A stretch of 64,000 nt of DNA from Tubiluchus corallicola. Its lineage: Eukaryota; Animalia; Priapulida. How positions within the stretch are numbered: the stretch's first letter is position 1; every line of letters begins with the position of its first letter. The DNA lies in assembly GCA_030141605.1 (NCBI GenBank), contig JAQGDQ010000137.1, forward strand, positions 186,001-250,000, given 5' to 3'. The notes beneath the pieces are model-generated. The model saw only the letters and a program-made list of their open reading frames with translations, was not told where the DNA came from and made no database searches. A program made the position numbers and the translations under genes. Shown in pieces: positions 35,416 to 46,871 of this stretch.

Positions 35416-37915
35416 ATACACATGGACATATAATTTTTATTGACACAGTTTGAGCAACTGTGCCAGTATTGTTGATCCATAGCGGCAATGAAATTTTTCC
35501 ATTCCATGGTTTATTTTTCGTGTTGGGGTCATTGGGACAAATGATGGCCAACTAATCGTAAAAAAACAGGAACTTTTTGCCTTTTTGTGGATAAGCCTAT
35601 TAAGATTTCCTAGACGGTTCACAGTTTCCTGCAACTACTGCTTTACCAAATAGTACTACCTGATTTTTTCAAAGCTTTGTTGGTACACTATGTATAGCTT
35701 ATAGAATGGAAGTACTAATGTGCTTGGATCAGGCATATCCTACTTGTTCCTTTCTTGTAAAATTAATGGTTTGTATTACAAAATCGTGTAAAGGTGTAAA
35801 CGGTGTAGAATCCGTTTTTCTTTTTTGTAAAAAGTTAGAAATCGCATTTTTCGGGCAGATGCATTTGTACTTTTGAGTGCCGTATCAGGAAAGTGAAAAA
35901 TCAGGCTGCGTTACAATCTGCGCAATTGTCCCTAACATCGCAAGGACAATTTCAACCACCGCTGATGAAAACTGTGATTTATGACAGCTTTCTAAGACGC
36001 CACCACCACAACCACCACCACCAAAAACAACAACAACACCATTAAGCTTCAAGCATCCTGCACTAAATTCCAAATCCAAAAACGTTTGCACGACACTTCA
36101 CATAATCATAGGGGTCTTGGAGAAAGTTCTATGCTTTTTGGATAAAGAGAAAAGGGGCAACAGTATGCAGTGGACACCTTTTTATAATGCGTCCACTAGA
36201 GAAGATACCAATATTGCAATTTAAGTTCCATTTTAAATAGTAATTTCATTTGTTCTTTTTAATTTGGATTTCTGTAGGACACATATCCATTGTTAGTCAT
36301 CATTATTCTCTACCTTTAATCTCGTTTACAAAATGGCAAAGGATAGCAAACAACACCGCGCAGAATGTTAGTGCATTACTGAATACAATTCTATTTTATG
36401 AGCAGCATATGTAGAGCATTTGCCAGTAATTATTAAAGCTTGTACTTAACTGAAAAATCTGCTTCAAAATATCAGCTCAAAACAGTGCAAATGTGCTGAG
36501 ATTTATTAGAATATTTTTTTCAGTGAAAAATTACAAGATGGAAAAAGAGAAACCTGGTAATTAGTAGAAGTGTAATCCATAGTATCAATACTAAAGAATG
36601 AAAAATAACTTTTTCACAAGAATCCGAGTATCACAAAGGCATTTCAATGTGTGCACAAACTGTCTTGAAAGCGGGAAAGTAGGAACTAAATGCAAAACTG
36701 AGAATTTCATTTCACCAGAGACAGACGATTGTAGCATGTTGGTAATTGCTATATATATTAAATCTACTAGAAAAAGTAACTACGTTCGATGCCAGTTGTA
36801 TGCAAATTACAGCAATAAAAAGAAATTAAGAACACCAAAACGTTAGTGCTGTTTTAATAAAACTAGTCAAACTCATTGATACTAAATACTAACAATGCTT
36901 CAATAGGCCTTCTATGGTTACACGACAGCTCCATCTACAGGAACACTTAGGAGAATTACAAGTAACTTAAGGATAGAAATCTCATACTAGCAATTGTACT
37001 GGAGAGCAAAGGACAAAACGTGTACATTTTAAATTGCTTTTCCAGGAATAACCTGGACATAATTAATATATCAGAATTAATCAGGATGGGAAGGACAGAT
37101 ATCAAGACGATTGGTGGTAACGATTGACGATCATTCTAGAAGCATGATTAGTAAACTTACAAAACTATAAACCTGAAATCAACACTTTGTGAACTCATTT
37201 ACAGCAGTAAAAAACTTGAAGAAAATTTACTTGATTGAAAGGTTCCAACTCTGTTGAGCACTTTACTACATTACGACTAACTTCCTCATTTAACTATAAA
37301 CCGCTTCTGTTAAAATCTTTCAAATAACAATATTCTGCCTTCTCAGGGCTCAGTTTTAATTCACCCATTCAAAAAATTGAGGTTTAATGCATTAGTTTGT
37401 ACTGTGTTCAAGTGCCAGCGCATCCAAAACTTCAAACCTTAAACCAGGACATTATTTTAATGTCCTAAGTAATCATTTTTGTCATGTCTGCATTATGGAG
37501 CTTTGACTCCAAGCTAGGTATTGACAAGAGGATGTGCTGTCGTTTTTGAAATGCCCCTAGCATTCTAAACAAAAACTGTTTCACATTCACACAATATTGT
37601 GTGTGCAATGTTTAGAACTTGTCACTGGTAGATATGATACAGAGCAAAGAAGCTGCTAAGAAAATTAGCAAATAAATTACATTGAATTTGCTGGCTTCTT
37701 GCAGTTTCTTTGATTGAAAGTGTTGACTTTTTGAGGGTTTGTAAAAAATTGAATATGAAACGACACCTAATAAAAAATAAAAACATTCCCAGCCAATTAG
37801 ATAACCCCAAGTGCTGAATGAGGTAAACAAAGTGGTATGCCAGCTAGAATTAAGAAAAGCACAAGCAATAATTGAACAGTATTGAAGTATTGCAATTTTG
37901 ACCACACCTAAACAC

Positions 37916-38197
37916 CGTGGGGCTTTTACTCAGGTTTATAAAATATTGACTAGGAAAGAAAACATTTTGCCTGAAAATTTCTTTAAATTAGTTGTTGATT
38001 CAAAAATTAGTTTAAAACTTTTTAAAGAGCAGTGATGTCTCGACATTCATAAATATTCAAATGCTACGAGAGTTATGAATGAATGGAATAATTTGTCTGA
38101 CATTGTGATTGCTGCACCAACCATAGTAAAGTTTAAATCTTTAACTGACGATTACTTTGTGGAAAAATATGAGGTTTCTACGAGTCTACTGTCTTAA
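37916..38197 (+). mobile_element. CR1/L2-type LINE 3'-end fragment
   Basis: RGAFTQVYKILTRKENILPENFF...LKLFKEQ*CLDIHKYSNATRVMNEWNNLSDIVIAAPTIVKFKSLTD matches the RGD..vYKI / RV.N.WN.L / FK..LD CR1 C-terminus. Confidence 0.8.
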
Positions 38198-38563
38198 CCC
38201 CTGATCACGACAGTATCAATTAAAGTGATTAAAAATATGTACAAAGCAAATGTGCACAGAAGTTTCATTGCAGTGCAATTAATTTTACATTTGTCTAAAA
38301 ACCTCCATTTTTAATACTAATGTGTTTTAAATTATTTGCTTACAAGTAAATTTTCTTCTCATAAATACGTTTATAGTCCCTGCTAGTTTTTGATAATCCT
38401 TTATTTAATCTTTTTTTTACGTATCGCCTATTTTAATACGGGAACTGTACTATTTGTAGTAAAGAAATTCAATGAATAAATGAATAAAAATAATAGTAAT
38501 GATTATACAACACTAAACTGCACATATCTGCTAACACGTACAATAAACGTCACATTCACTCAC

Positions 38564-38756
38564 CGATTAGCATCTTTCATTGTCCTGTATGCCATCTCCA
38601 ACTCTCCATCTTCATTTATTAGATCTGCATCTCCACCACTGTACTGTTCCTTCAGCAATGCCGAAATGCCTAACTGTCTTGATGCCAAAATTGTCTTCAG
38701 TTGAATAACCTCCTCCCTACGTCTTTCTAGTTCAATTGACATGGCATTAAATTGAT
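38564..38756 (-). CDS. MYO5: Myosin V exon v24
   Basis: DQFNAMSIELERRREEVIQLKTIL...INEDGELEMAYRTMKDANR; GTGAGT donor. Confidence 0.95.
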
Positions 38757-38920
38757 CTGAAATCAATATTTTTTTAATAACATAGAAAATAATCGTCAAC
38801 TTACAATGCAAACTTGCTATGGAAGCTCGACAAAAGCGTAAGAATTTTGTTTTTTTAGTTATCAGCATTTCGGAATAAAATCAGACATTTTTAAGCCATT
38901 CAATGCATATTAAAACAAAT

Positions 38921-38966
38921 TTAGCTACAGAACGTTTCGTTAGCATCTGCTAACATCTTCAGCTAA
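38921..38966 (-). ncRNA. Minimal type I hammerhead ribozyme motif (Penelope-like)
   Basis: Minus strand TAG CTGAAGA T GTTAGCA GA TGCTAAC GAAA CGT T CTG: CUGANGA and GAAA cores, perfect stem II, palindromic ACGU stem III, 3-bp stem I. Confidence 0.65.
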
Positions 38967-39446
38967 GTTAAAAGAATGATAATTTCACACTTTTTCTTTC
39001 TACTCGGGTTTTTTCCATTGTTGAGAGCACACGTATCGAATGTTAACAATTTTTCAAAACCAGATTAATAGTGTGACCAAATTATAATGTAATCAACTTA
39101 TTATCTTTTTTTAATGAAATAGCAAGATGCAACTGGGAATATTGATAATTAGAGGATATTAACAAATTCGAACTTGATCTGAAAAACAAAGTCGGTGTCT
39201 ACACCTATACTTTGCCTTTGTACAAATGTTAACATTCCATGGATGTCATGGAGCAATGAAAATGGGCCACTTGAAAACTTGTTTAGAATGACCATTAATG
39301 CAGCTAAATATGCAAGAAGATGTTAATGAATATTCACTAATTTAATTTGTTTAGTAAATATGTTAAACCTGTTGAGAACAAACAAGGTTTATTTTTATAT
39401 TTAACATAAATATAAAACATTTAAATATTATATGAATTCTTTATAT

Positions 39447-39998
39447 ATGTGCTTGCATAGCAAAATCGTACATAAGTCGGCAACTAAGTTTTTCTCGACA
39501 TTCATATATCCAGAATCTCCATTTCGTGAAGATCATTTTGATATCAAGCTCATTGCTCTATGTTATTTCTAAGTTGAGATAATCCATGCTGAAGTTGAGG
39601 AGCATACTATGCACTGAAAAGCATAATCTTAAGAAAATCACTGTTGAAGTTAGCCATTGTTTTTGTCGCACTTCTACAAAACAGCAACAGCACAAATGTT
39701 GCTACACACTTTTGCAAAAGGACATTAAAGTTATGTTTAAGTCCAGTAGATGGCTCTTCCTGATGAAGGTTTGAACTTGGCAACAGATATCGGATTTGAA
39801 AATTAAATTTGTAGCATTTTTGAACACTTTCCTGATAATTTGATAATAGAACATAAAAGTCCAATATATTTGGCATTGGTTTTTATAAAACACGAAAAAT
39901 TGACGTTTGATCAAATTTTTGTGTCATTCTCCTTCGAAGCATCATAACGTAGTTTTAACTATGCCGACTTATGGACGGTTTTGGTATGCAAGCATACA
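39447..39998. mobile_element. MITE with ~35-bp TIRs in TA-rich flanks
   Basis: Left end TGCTTGCATAGCAAAATCGTACATAAGTCGGCA; reverse complement of the right end TGCTTGCATACCAAAACCGTCCATAAGTCGGCA. Confidence 0.85.
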
Positions 39999-40055
39999 TA
40001 ACTTATATGAATGTAAAAAAATCATGATTATAAATTCATGTGAAAAACCTCTTAC

Positions 40056-40161
40056 CTAGCATCACCCTGTATTTGTCTTCATCAATATCCTCCACCGCAG
40101 CTTCACGTAAAGCTTTAATATCTGCCCTTAACTTGGCATTCTCAATTTCCAGATCATTAAT
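40056..40161 (-). CDS. MYO5: Myosin V exon v23
   Basis: INDLEIENAKLRADIKALREAAVEDIDEDKYRVML. Confidence 0.92.
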
Positions 40162-40398
40162 CTAAAAAAAAAGAATTAAAATTTTACACGTTTACTGTCT
40201 ATAATCGTCATAAGTACAACAGTCTTCTATACTGTATGGTATTGCAAGTGACCTTGAAAGTAATGGCTTCATTTTTGACCTTTTACAACCCTTATTACTT
40301 CTGTTCTTTTTCATGGAGAATGAAAAATTGTAGCCACTTGAAAAGTAAGATCAAAATACACACAAATGTCAATATAATAACTTGAACTATAAAGATAC

Positions 40399-40654
40399 CT
40401 TCAGTGAGTCTCTTGGAGACATAAAAAACAGTTTTTCTTCCTCTTCTTCTTCTGCATCAAATCTTTCAATCGAATTGGCGAGATTCGAATCTTGAGCAAG
40501 ATTTTCAGTTCTCAAGGGTTCTTCTTTCATCTCTTTTATTACGATATCATCAATGCCATTTTCGCTGACTGGCGATGTTGGTGTAACCTTTATGTCTGGC
40601 ACACTAACTTTTTTACGTAATTCAGCACTAAGAAAATCGATTTTTTCTTGCAAC
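40399..40654 (-). CDS. MYO5: Myosin V exon v22
   Basis: LQEKIDFLSAELRKK...EEEEEEKLFFMSPRDSLK; phase 2/0. Confidence 0.88.
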
Positions 40655-41730
40655 CTATGCACACAAAAAATAATCATTTCATAACACAACGATAATAAAT
40701 CATATAATACACACATGTACCAACAACAAAAATCTACCAGTTCACTCAGTATGAAATTATGAAAATTGAATTATTATAATGATTCTTAGCTTCAGATTTA
40801 TAAATTCACTGAGCATTTCAGTCTCAGTAACATGCTCGTACATTAGTTCTAAGCAAAGATACTATCACTTACATATGAAGATACAAGTCACTTGTGAAAA
40901 TGAATTTATTGAGAAATTTGTTTACCAACATGGGTAATAATCTTTTGTAAGTTACCATAGCAACAATAAACAGTGTTTGTTGTTATGGGGTTTTAAAATA
41001 TCTAAAAAGCACAATTACTTTCAGAAAATTTGCGTAAGAATGTTGAAGCTGAACTTATGCTGCACAATGAAAATGTCTTACTTGTGGGTATAAAACATAT
41101 AACATGAAACATATTATCAAAAGATTTCTAACTATATAGTGAAAATCATGTTTTTTACGATTACAGAAACGTGCACATTGACTAGCTAAAACTTAGCAAA
41201 ATGTCACAAAATAAAATGTCGAGCTTGAAATACTGTAAATCTGAGAAAGTGCAAACCAAATATTTGCAAATTGAGCTGCAAAGCAGTATTTACAAAGTGA
41301 CAATTGCAGGGAATAATTGAGCAGGTTCAAATTATGCATTCTCTAAAGTAACTGCCTGCCAGCTAAGCAATTAGATTATGTAGTTTTAATGGTGTTGATC
41401 AAAACAACACTGTCTCCAGACCGAATGCCTAGTGAAGATAATGGAGACAGCATTCGCAACTGGTGACTTTCATGTTTAATCACCATACTACTGTTCACTA
41501 AACTCGTGTTGAGAAATGCGAAGTGACAAAAGTTATTGATGCCTTTCTTTTCCTGATCACGAGTTTGCAAATTGCACTACTACAATTATCTAAGAAGCAG
41601 CTACAAAGTAACTTAATCACTAACGTAATTTATGCATCACAACTGTCTTGCAAAATTTGCAAAAATTTTAGGCACACACCATTTCTACGATTTACAGTAT
41701 GTTTTACGTAAATTCAAAATTAAAAATTAC

Positions 41731-41864
41731 TTCTGCTTCTCAAAGATGGAGTCATTTAGTTGTGCTTCAAGTTTAGTAATGAGATCTCTAAGATTGTCGT
41801 CTTCCTCACGGAATGACGGCTTCTTTTCTACCTTTCTCCTTGTTACTGAACCATATCCCAGATC
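41731..41864 (-). CDS. MYO5: Myosin V exon v21
   Basis: DLGYGSVTRRKVEKKPSFREEDDNLRDLITKLEAQLNDSIFEKQ; phase 0/2. Confidence 0.88.
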
Positions 41865-43223
41865 CTAAATCAACAAAAAACAACAATGCAAAAAAATTTC
41901 AACAGAAGAAATGCAAAGAATTTATCGTCTGTTATTCTAACTAACCTAGTAGCCAATAAGCAATTAAATGAGTTCCTATAAGAGTTGATTAAATAAAGAA
42001 TTTCTGGAAAGATTTTAGCACAGAGTTGATTGAGACTTGAGAAAGTAATCTCCAAAACCAACCTGTAACCCTGCTGCTAGTGTAAAAATGACGCATCAAA
42101 AAATGACTAATATAAAAAAAACAGCCAACAAAAAAGTGAGTAGAATTTTTCACTCAAGATTTGACAAAATCACAAAACATTCTTCCGCACAATATTATGC
42201 AAATATTTCATTCCAAGCAAAATTAATAATTTGGTAATACTGATTTATATTTCGCGAAACCATAAAAAGCAGGTAGCACTACGACTAGCTCCTTTCTGTG
42301 CCAACATAAAAGACAGAAAGTTGATACGAAAAGTCAAACTGAGTCAATTAGTCATATTTGGAACACCAGCAAGAGGTGACAATTTAAATGCTGGAATATT
42401 GTATATTAAGTCTGTGATATTTTATTGCCGCACTTTGTTAAAATCATTTACAGAATGCTTTAGATGCAGATGAACTTGTAAATTAGATAGAAGAATTCTG
42501 GTAACACACAACAATCTATCAACTGCTTTGACAGTTTCGTCTCTGCACAGAGCAATTGCAGTGCAATTTTAATCATCTGTATGCTCCCATTGTCTTTCTA
42601 TACATCAATTCCATAAATCAATGGCATAAAATTTCTACCATGATGTTTGGCAATGCATTACTTATTTATGTTCATAATGTTTTTGTATTTAACTTAGTTC
42701 AAATTTTTATCGGTGCTACTAAAAGATTTCTCCTGGCAGACAACAATAACATTCCTTTCTCTCACCTTTTGTTTCAGTCTATCTTACGTGTTCCTTTGAT
42801 TTTCCTCCTAATTTTTGTTGCTTACAATTATAATTCTATGCTTTGGCTTTATTTCAGTGATGCCGTAAATAACTGAGGCGTATTAACAGCTTAACTGCTG
42901 TCCGCCAAATATTATTTTCGTTTCAAAAATAAAAATATGGATTATATATAAAAGATATACATATATAAACAGTTTCATTATTATCAATGTATAGAAAAGG
43001 GTCTCACTGTTAACACTGTGGCAGGGTCAAAGCTAAAAAACTTATTTTACAAATTCGCCCGGTAAGGTAATACTGAAGTCATTTGAAGAATGAATGAACT
43101 GCAGGCCACATTTAACTATTAGACATAGTTCACACTTGTCTTCGGTAGCAACAAATGCAAAAAATGAAGCTATAAAAAGATTTGTAATGTAACAGTACAA
43201 CTACTTAAGTCCAATGTACTTAC

Positions 43224-43343
43224 TTCTTTAGATAAGTCATCTATTCGCACGGTGCTGGTTTCCGATATGTCAGTTTCAATACTGACGGTACTCGTGTCTG
43301 AACCGGCACGAGCGTGACCTCGCACAGGTACAGCTCTTTTCTC
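43224..43343 (-). CDS. MYO5: Myosin V exon v20 (PEST-like region)
   Basis: EKRAVPVRGHARAGSDTSTVSIETDISETSTVRIDDLSKE; GTAAGT donor. Confidence 0.9.
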
Positions 43344-43985
43344 CTGTTGAATAAACCAAAAATAAAACATATGCTAAATGGTATTATAATAGTTCATCTG
43401 TTACTTCATTTATTAATCACAATATGAAGGAAAATTTATTTCAGTAAAGATGCTGCTGATTTGGAAGCAACATTTACAGGTAGTGGTGACCTATGACCTA
43501 TGCAACTTATGGTAATCCGACCTTACGCCCCGAGTGCAACTTAATTAATTAATTATGCAAAACCAACTATAAGTCACAATTGCCTGTCTTTTTTAAACAG
43601 ATTAACCTTAAATCGCTATCTGTTTTGATGAATACTTCCGCAGGCAACGCCAGCACATACATGCACAACGTGTTATGAAACATGGCGCACCGACTGGAAT
43701 ATACGGGTACGAGTTGTCTTACGACCAAACCGCCAGAGCCAGTTGTGGTCATAAGTTCACGACTTCCTGTATTGACAAATGCACATTCCATGCACATGCT
43801 TTTAAAAGTCAAACAAATTTAATTGAACATGCAAAACTTCACATAACTTATGGCATGAATTTACGCAAGCCTAATATAAAACTGATTCACAAGTTCTACA
43901 CTTTACACTTTAATTTCGCATACAATTCACGGAGTTGGCATTTGATGAAGCTGCATACATAAATATTAACTTTAACTAAGCTCAC

Positions 43986-44113
43986 CTTCATCTGTTCATA
44001 TTTGAGCTCAAGTTGTGCATACTTTTGTAGTAATGCTTGGTATTGAGACCGTTCATTGTCCAACTCGGCTTCAAATTCTGCCTTGCTTTGGTCAGCTTTC
44101 TGTCTTGCTTTAT
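43986..44113 (-). CDS. MYO5: Myosin V exon v19
   Basis: DKARQKADQSKAEFEAELDNERSQYQALLQKYAQLELKYEQMK. Confidence 0.93.
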
Positions 44114-44411
44114 CTGCAAATTAAAGTAAACATGAACTTGGTGATACAAGGTTCTGCCGATTGTAACCTAACCAGTGTCCGATAACCTGCCCACAGTGAA
44201 CTATATAAGCACTGAAATTTTTCGTTGATAATAAATTTCAGAGTGACCTCATGATATATAATATGCATATACTAGCCCTAAAACCATATCAGTGAGCAAA
44301 GATATCATGTACTTATCAAGCTTGTAACACATTCAAGGAAATAGATATAGGCTTTCTGATTGTCCTGTGAGGACTCTCTTCAGATGTTAAGTGAAAGAAT
44401 GCAATTTGTAC

Positions 44412-44493
44412 CTTCAAAATTTGTCCCGTGTTCCTGAAGTTGCTCCATCTCTTTTTGCAGTCTTTCATTTTCTTCCTTCAGAACTCTCACTTC
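44412..44493 (-). CDS. MYO5: Myosin V exon v18
   Basis: EVRVLKEENERLQKEMEQLQEHGTNFE; phase 0/1. Confidence 0.9.
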
Positions 44494-45716
44494 CTACAAA
44501 CCAAAATGTTTCAAGTCGTCATCAAAAGAAACAGTTAGATATTTTTGTATAATTCGGTTATTTATAGCTGTTGTGATTAGGTGTTTTTATAATAATAGTG
44601 CACATCAAATAACCTGCTTCAGCTGCACTCTGATAAGGGACTAATTTTCATTTTTAATTCCCCTAAAATTGTTGATTTATTATGACGACTGATTGATAAG
44701 TTGCTGATTGGTAAGTCGTGGATTAAAGCTCATTATCTTTATTGTATTTATAACTAATCTGAAATGTGATTAGGTTTTTCACAATTTCATAATTTTGAAA
44801 AGGACAACATAACTAGCCATAAGTAACAAAGCGAGAGGAACAAAAAAATGGAAAATTATATCATTCCTTTCACCAAGAAGGTATGTTTTTAATGACGTAT
44901 GTTTGTTTGTAAGATTACGCATAAAACTCCTTAAACAATTTCCCAAAAAGCTTTGGACATATGGGGCATCGGACAAGTAACAGCCTGTAGAATTTTGTGC
45001 TGACTATAAGCTTTCACGGGAAAAATCCATGTGGCATCATAAAAGAGCGCTGTAGAAAAATTGCGAAAAACAAGAGTATACGTTATTAATGAGATGATGA
45101 CAGAACAAACGGTGATATCTTCACCCAAGTGGCTGTGTAGTTTAGTAAATGATTATGCTTTGCAAGTCTTGGGGGAAGCCTGAACTCTACTGAGCACCAT
45201 TCTAGTTTTCGACTGCAAAGCTTTTATGGCACTCTTACATAGAATGCAAAGTTTACATTGATAAGAAGTGATCGAATGTAGATAGTAATTGTAGCTGTAG
45301 AACGTACATAGTAATGGAAGTGCAGGGAATGTGTCAAGCTGTGATGACATTACATGCAAATATATTTAAACAGTAGCCCTTGTTCCATTAGACAAATGGA
45401 TGACTAGAGAAAATAAATATTGGAACTGTTGGCCAAACATAATTAGTGACGAATTGTGACAATATGATAAATTTATACATGATAAACGCTACTACTATTA
45501 CAATTAGTTTACGAAGTTTTGTGAAGAGTGAGCACGAGACAATCAGTTTTATTGATGTTGATCATGTGTCATTGATATCAACAGCATGATGACGAATTTT
45601 GAAGATGAACTGTGCAAATGTGAAGATTAAAAAAGTTTGTTTCAGTAATTGCTGATAATAACAAAGAATTGCAAAATTTTACAAATATATAATAACATTT
45701 CCTTAATCCTTGTATA

Positions 45717-46604
45717 ATGCGCAACTGCACAAGTGCTGAATCCGGGGCATTCTATGATTACAGTGCACATCAAAAGCTGCTAAACATCCTACTGACTGTT
45801 TCAATGGCGGTAATCATTTTCGGAAACAGTCTTGTGCTTTTCATGATCTATAAATGCAGATTTTTGCACAATAAAACCAATGCACTTATAGCATCGTTGG
45901 CAGTGACAGACCTGTTGGTTGGCTTCGTGTACGTGCCAGTACTCTTGACAAACATCATAAACAATGGTTCAGTTCTACTGTTAGTTGTGGAAAGGGTCAT
46001 TTATTATTCGAGCACAAATGCAAGCATCTACCATTTATGTTTAATAGCAATGGAAAGATACACTGCGGTAATTCACCCCCTAAAATACCACATTTGCATT
46101 ACGACGTCCAGAATATCGGTAGCAGTTTGCATTGCATGGTTGATTGCAACGATGGAGACCGCACTGTTAACGTGGTTTCTTTTAGGAGATCGAAGTCTTA
46201 ATGAACGCAAGGTAATGGAGATGACAGATGTAGTGCTAGTCTTTGTCATTCCAGTTCTAGTGATAATCATCTTATATGTACGTATATGGAAAGCAGCTTG
46301 GAATCAGCGGCAGCGAATACGAGATGACAACATGCAAACACTGCAAGTGGTGAGAGAATTGAAAGCAACAAAAATGCTAGTTCTAGTTGTGATAGTATTC
46401 ATTGCATGTTGGCTGCCAACATTCACAGATGGACTTCCATCCTCCAAATATTGCAAAGAAATGCACAGCACTGCAAATCCAATACCTCAAATTCTTAGCA
46501 TTTTCAACAGTGCCTGCAACCCGGCTATTTATGTGGCAACTAACAGTAAATACAGGAGGGCATTTAAAAAGGTTGTGATACAATGCTTCAAAAATGGACA
46601 ATAA
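45717..46604 (+). CDS. Intronless class A (rhodopsin-like) orphan GPCR, 295 aa, nested antisense in a myosin V intron
   Basis: Seven hydrophobic segments with GN (TM1), SLAVTD (TM2), ERY (TM3), W (TM4), P..Y (TM5), FIACWLP (TM6), NSACNPAIY (TM7), a helix-8-like YRRAFKK, and an N-terminal NCT sequon. Confidence 0.95.
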   Translation: MRNCTSAESGAFYDYSAHQKLLNILLTVSMAVIIFGNSLVLFMIYKCRFLHNKTNALIASLAVTDLLVGFVYVPVLLTNIINNGSVLLLVVERVIYYSSTNASIYHLCLIAMERYTAVIHPLKYHICITTSRISVAVCIAWLIATMETALLTWFLLGDRSLNERKVMEMTDVVLVFVIPVLVIIILYVRIWKAAWNQRQRIRDDNMQTLQVVRELKATKMLVLVVIVFIACWLPTFTDGLPSSKYCKEMHSTANPIPQILSIFNSACNPAIYVATNSKYRRAFKKVVIQCFKNGQ

Positions 46605-46685
46605 GAGGTCAGAGGTATCTCTGCTTTCGGGTTTTAGAGATGGACATGGCAGTATTAATGCCTGTTTACGAAAAAATGCTGTACT

Positions 46686-46871
46686 CAGAGGCATAGCCAG
46701 GTTCTAAAGTTAAGGGAAGAAAGCACATAAACACACGTTTATGTACTGCATCAATACACGCTCATTTCGAAAACAAGGGAGACAGGTCAAATAAAGTAAG
46801 AAGATGTTAAAAAGGCATCTATTTTGAAAAATGTGCTTGGAGTCCCTTTGCCCCTATCAGTTACCCCACTG
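46686..46871. mobile_element. Degraded hAT-type MITE just downstream of the GPCR
   Basis: Ends CAGAGGCATAGCC / AGTTACCCCACTG (CAGTGGCGTAGC type). Flanks GCTGTACT and ACGGTACT match 6/8. Confidence 0.5.

Noticed and set aside
35209-35634. Cys/Val/Arg-rich ORFs
   Set aside because: They are translations of the (CACG)n/(CA)n microsatellite.
42063-42076. NAGNAG-bounded microexon candidate on the minus strand
   Set aside because: The possible lengths (8, 11, 14 nt) all break frame in a phase-0 intron.
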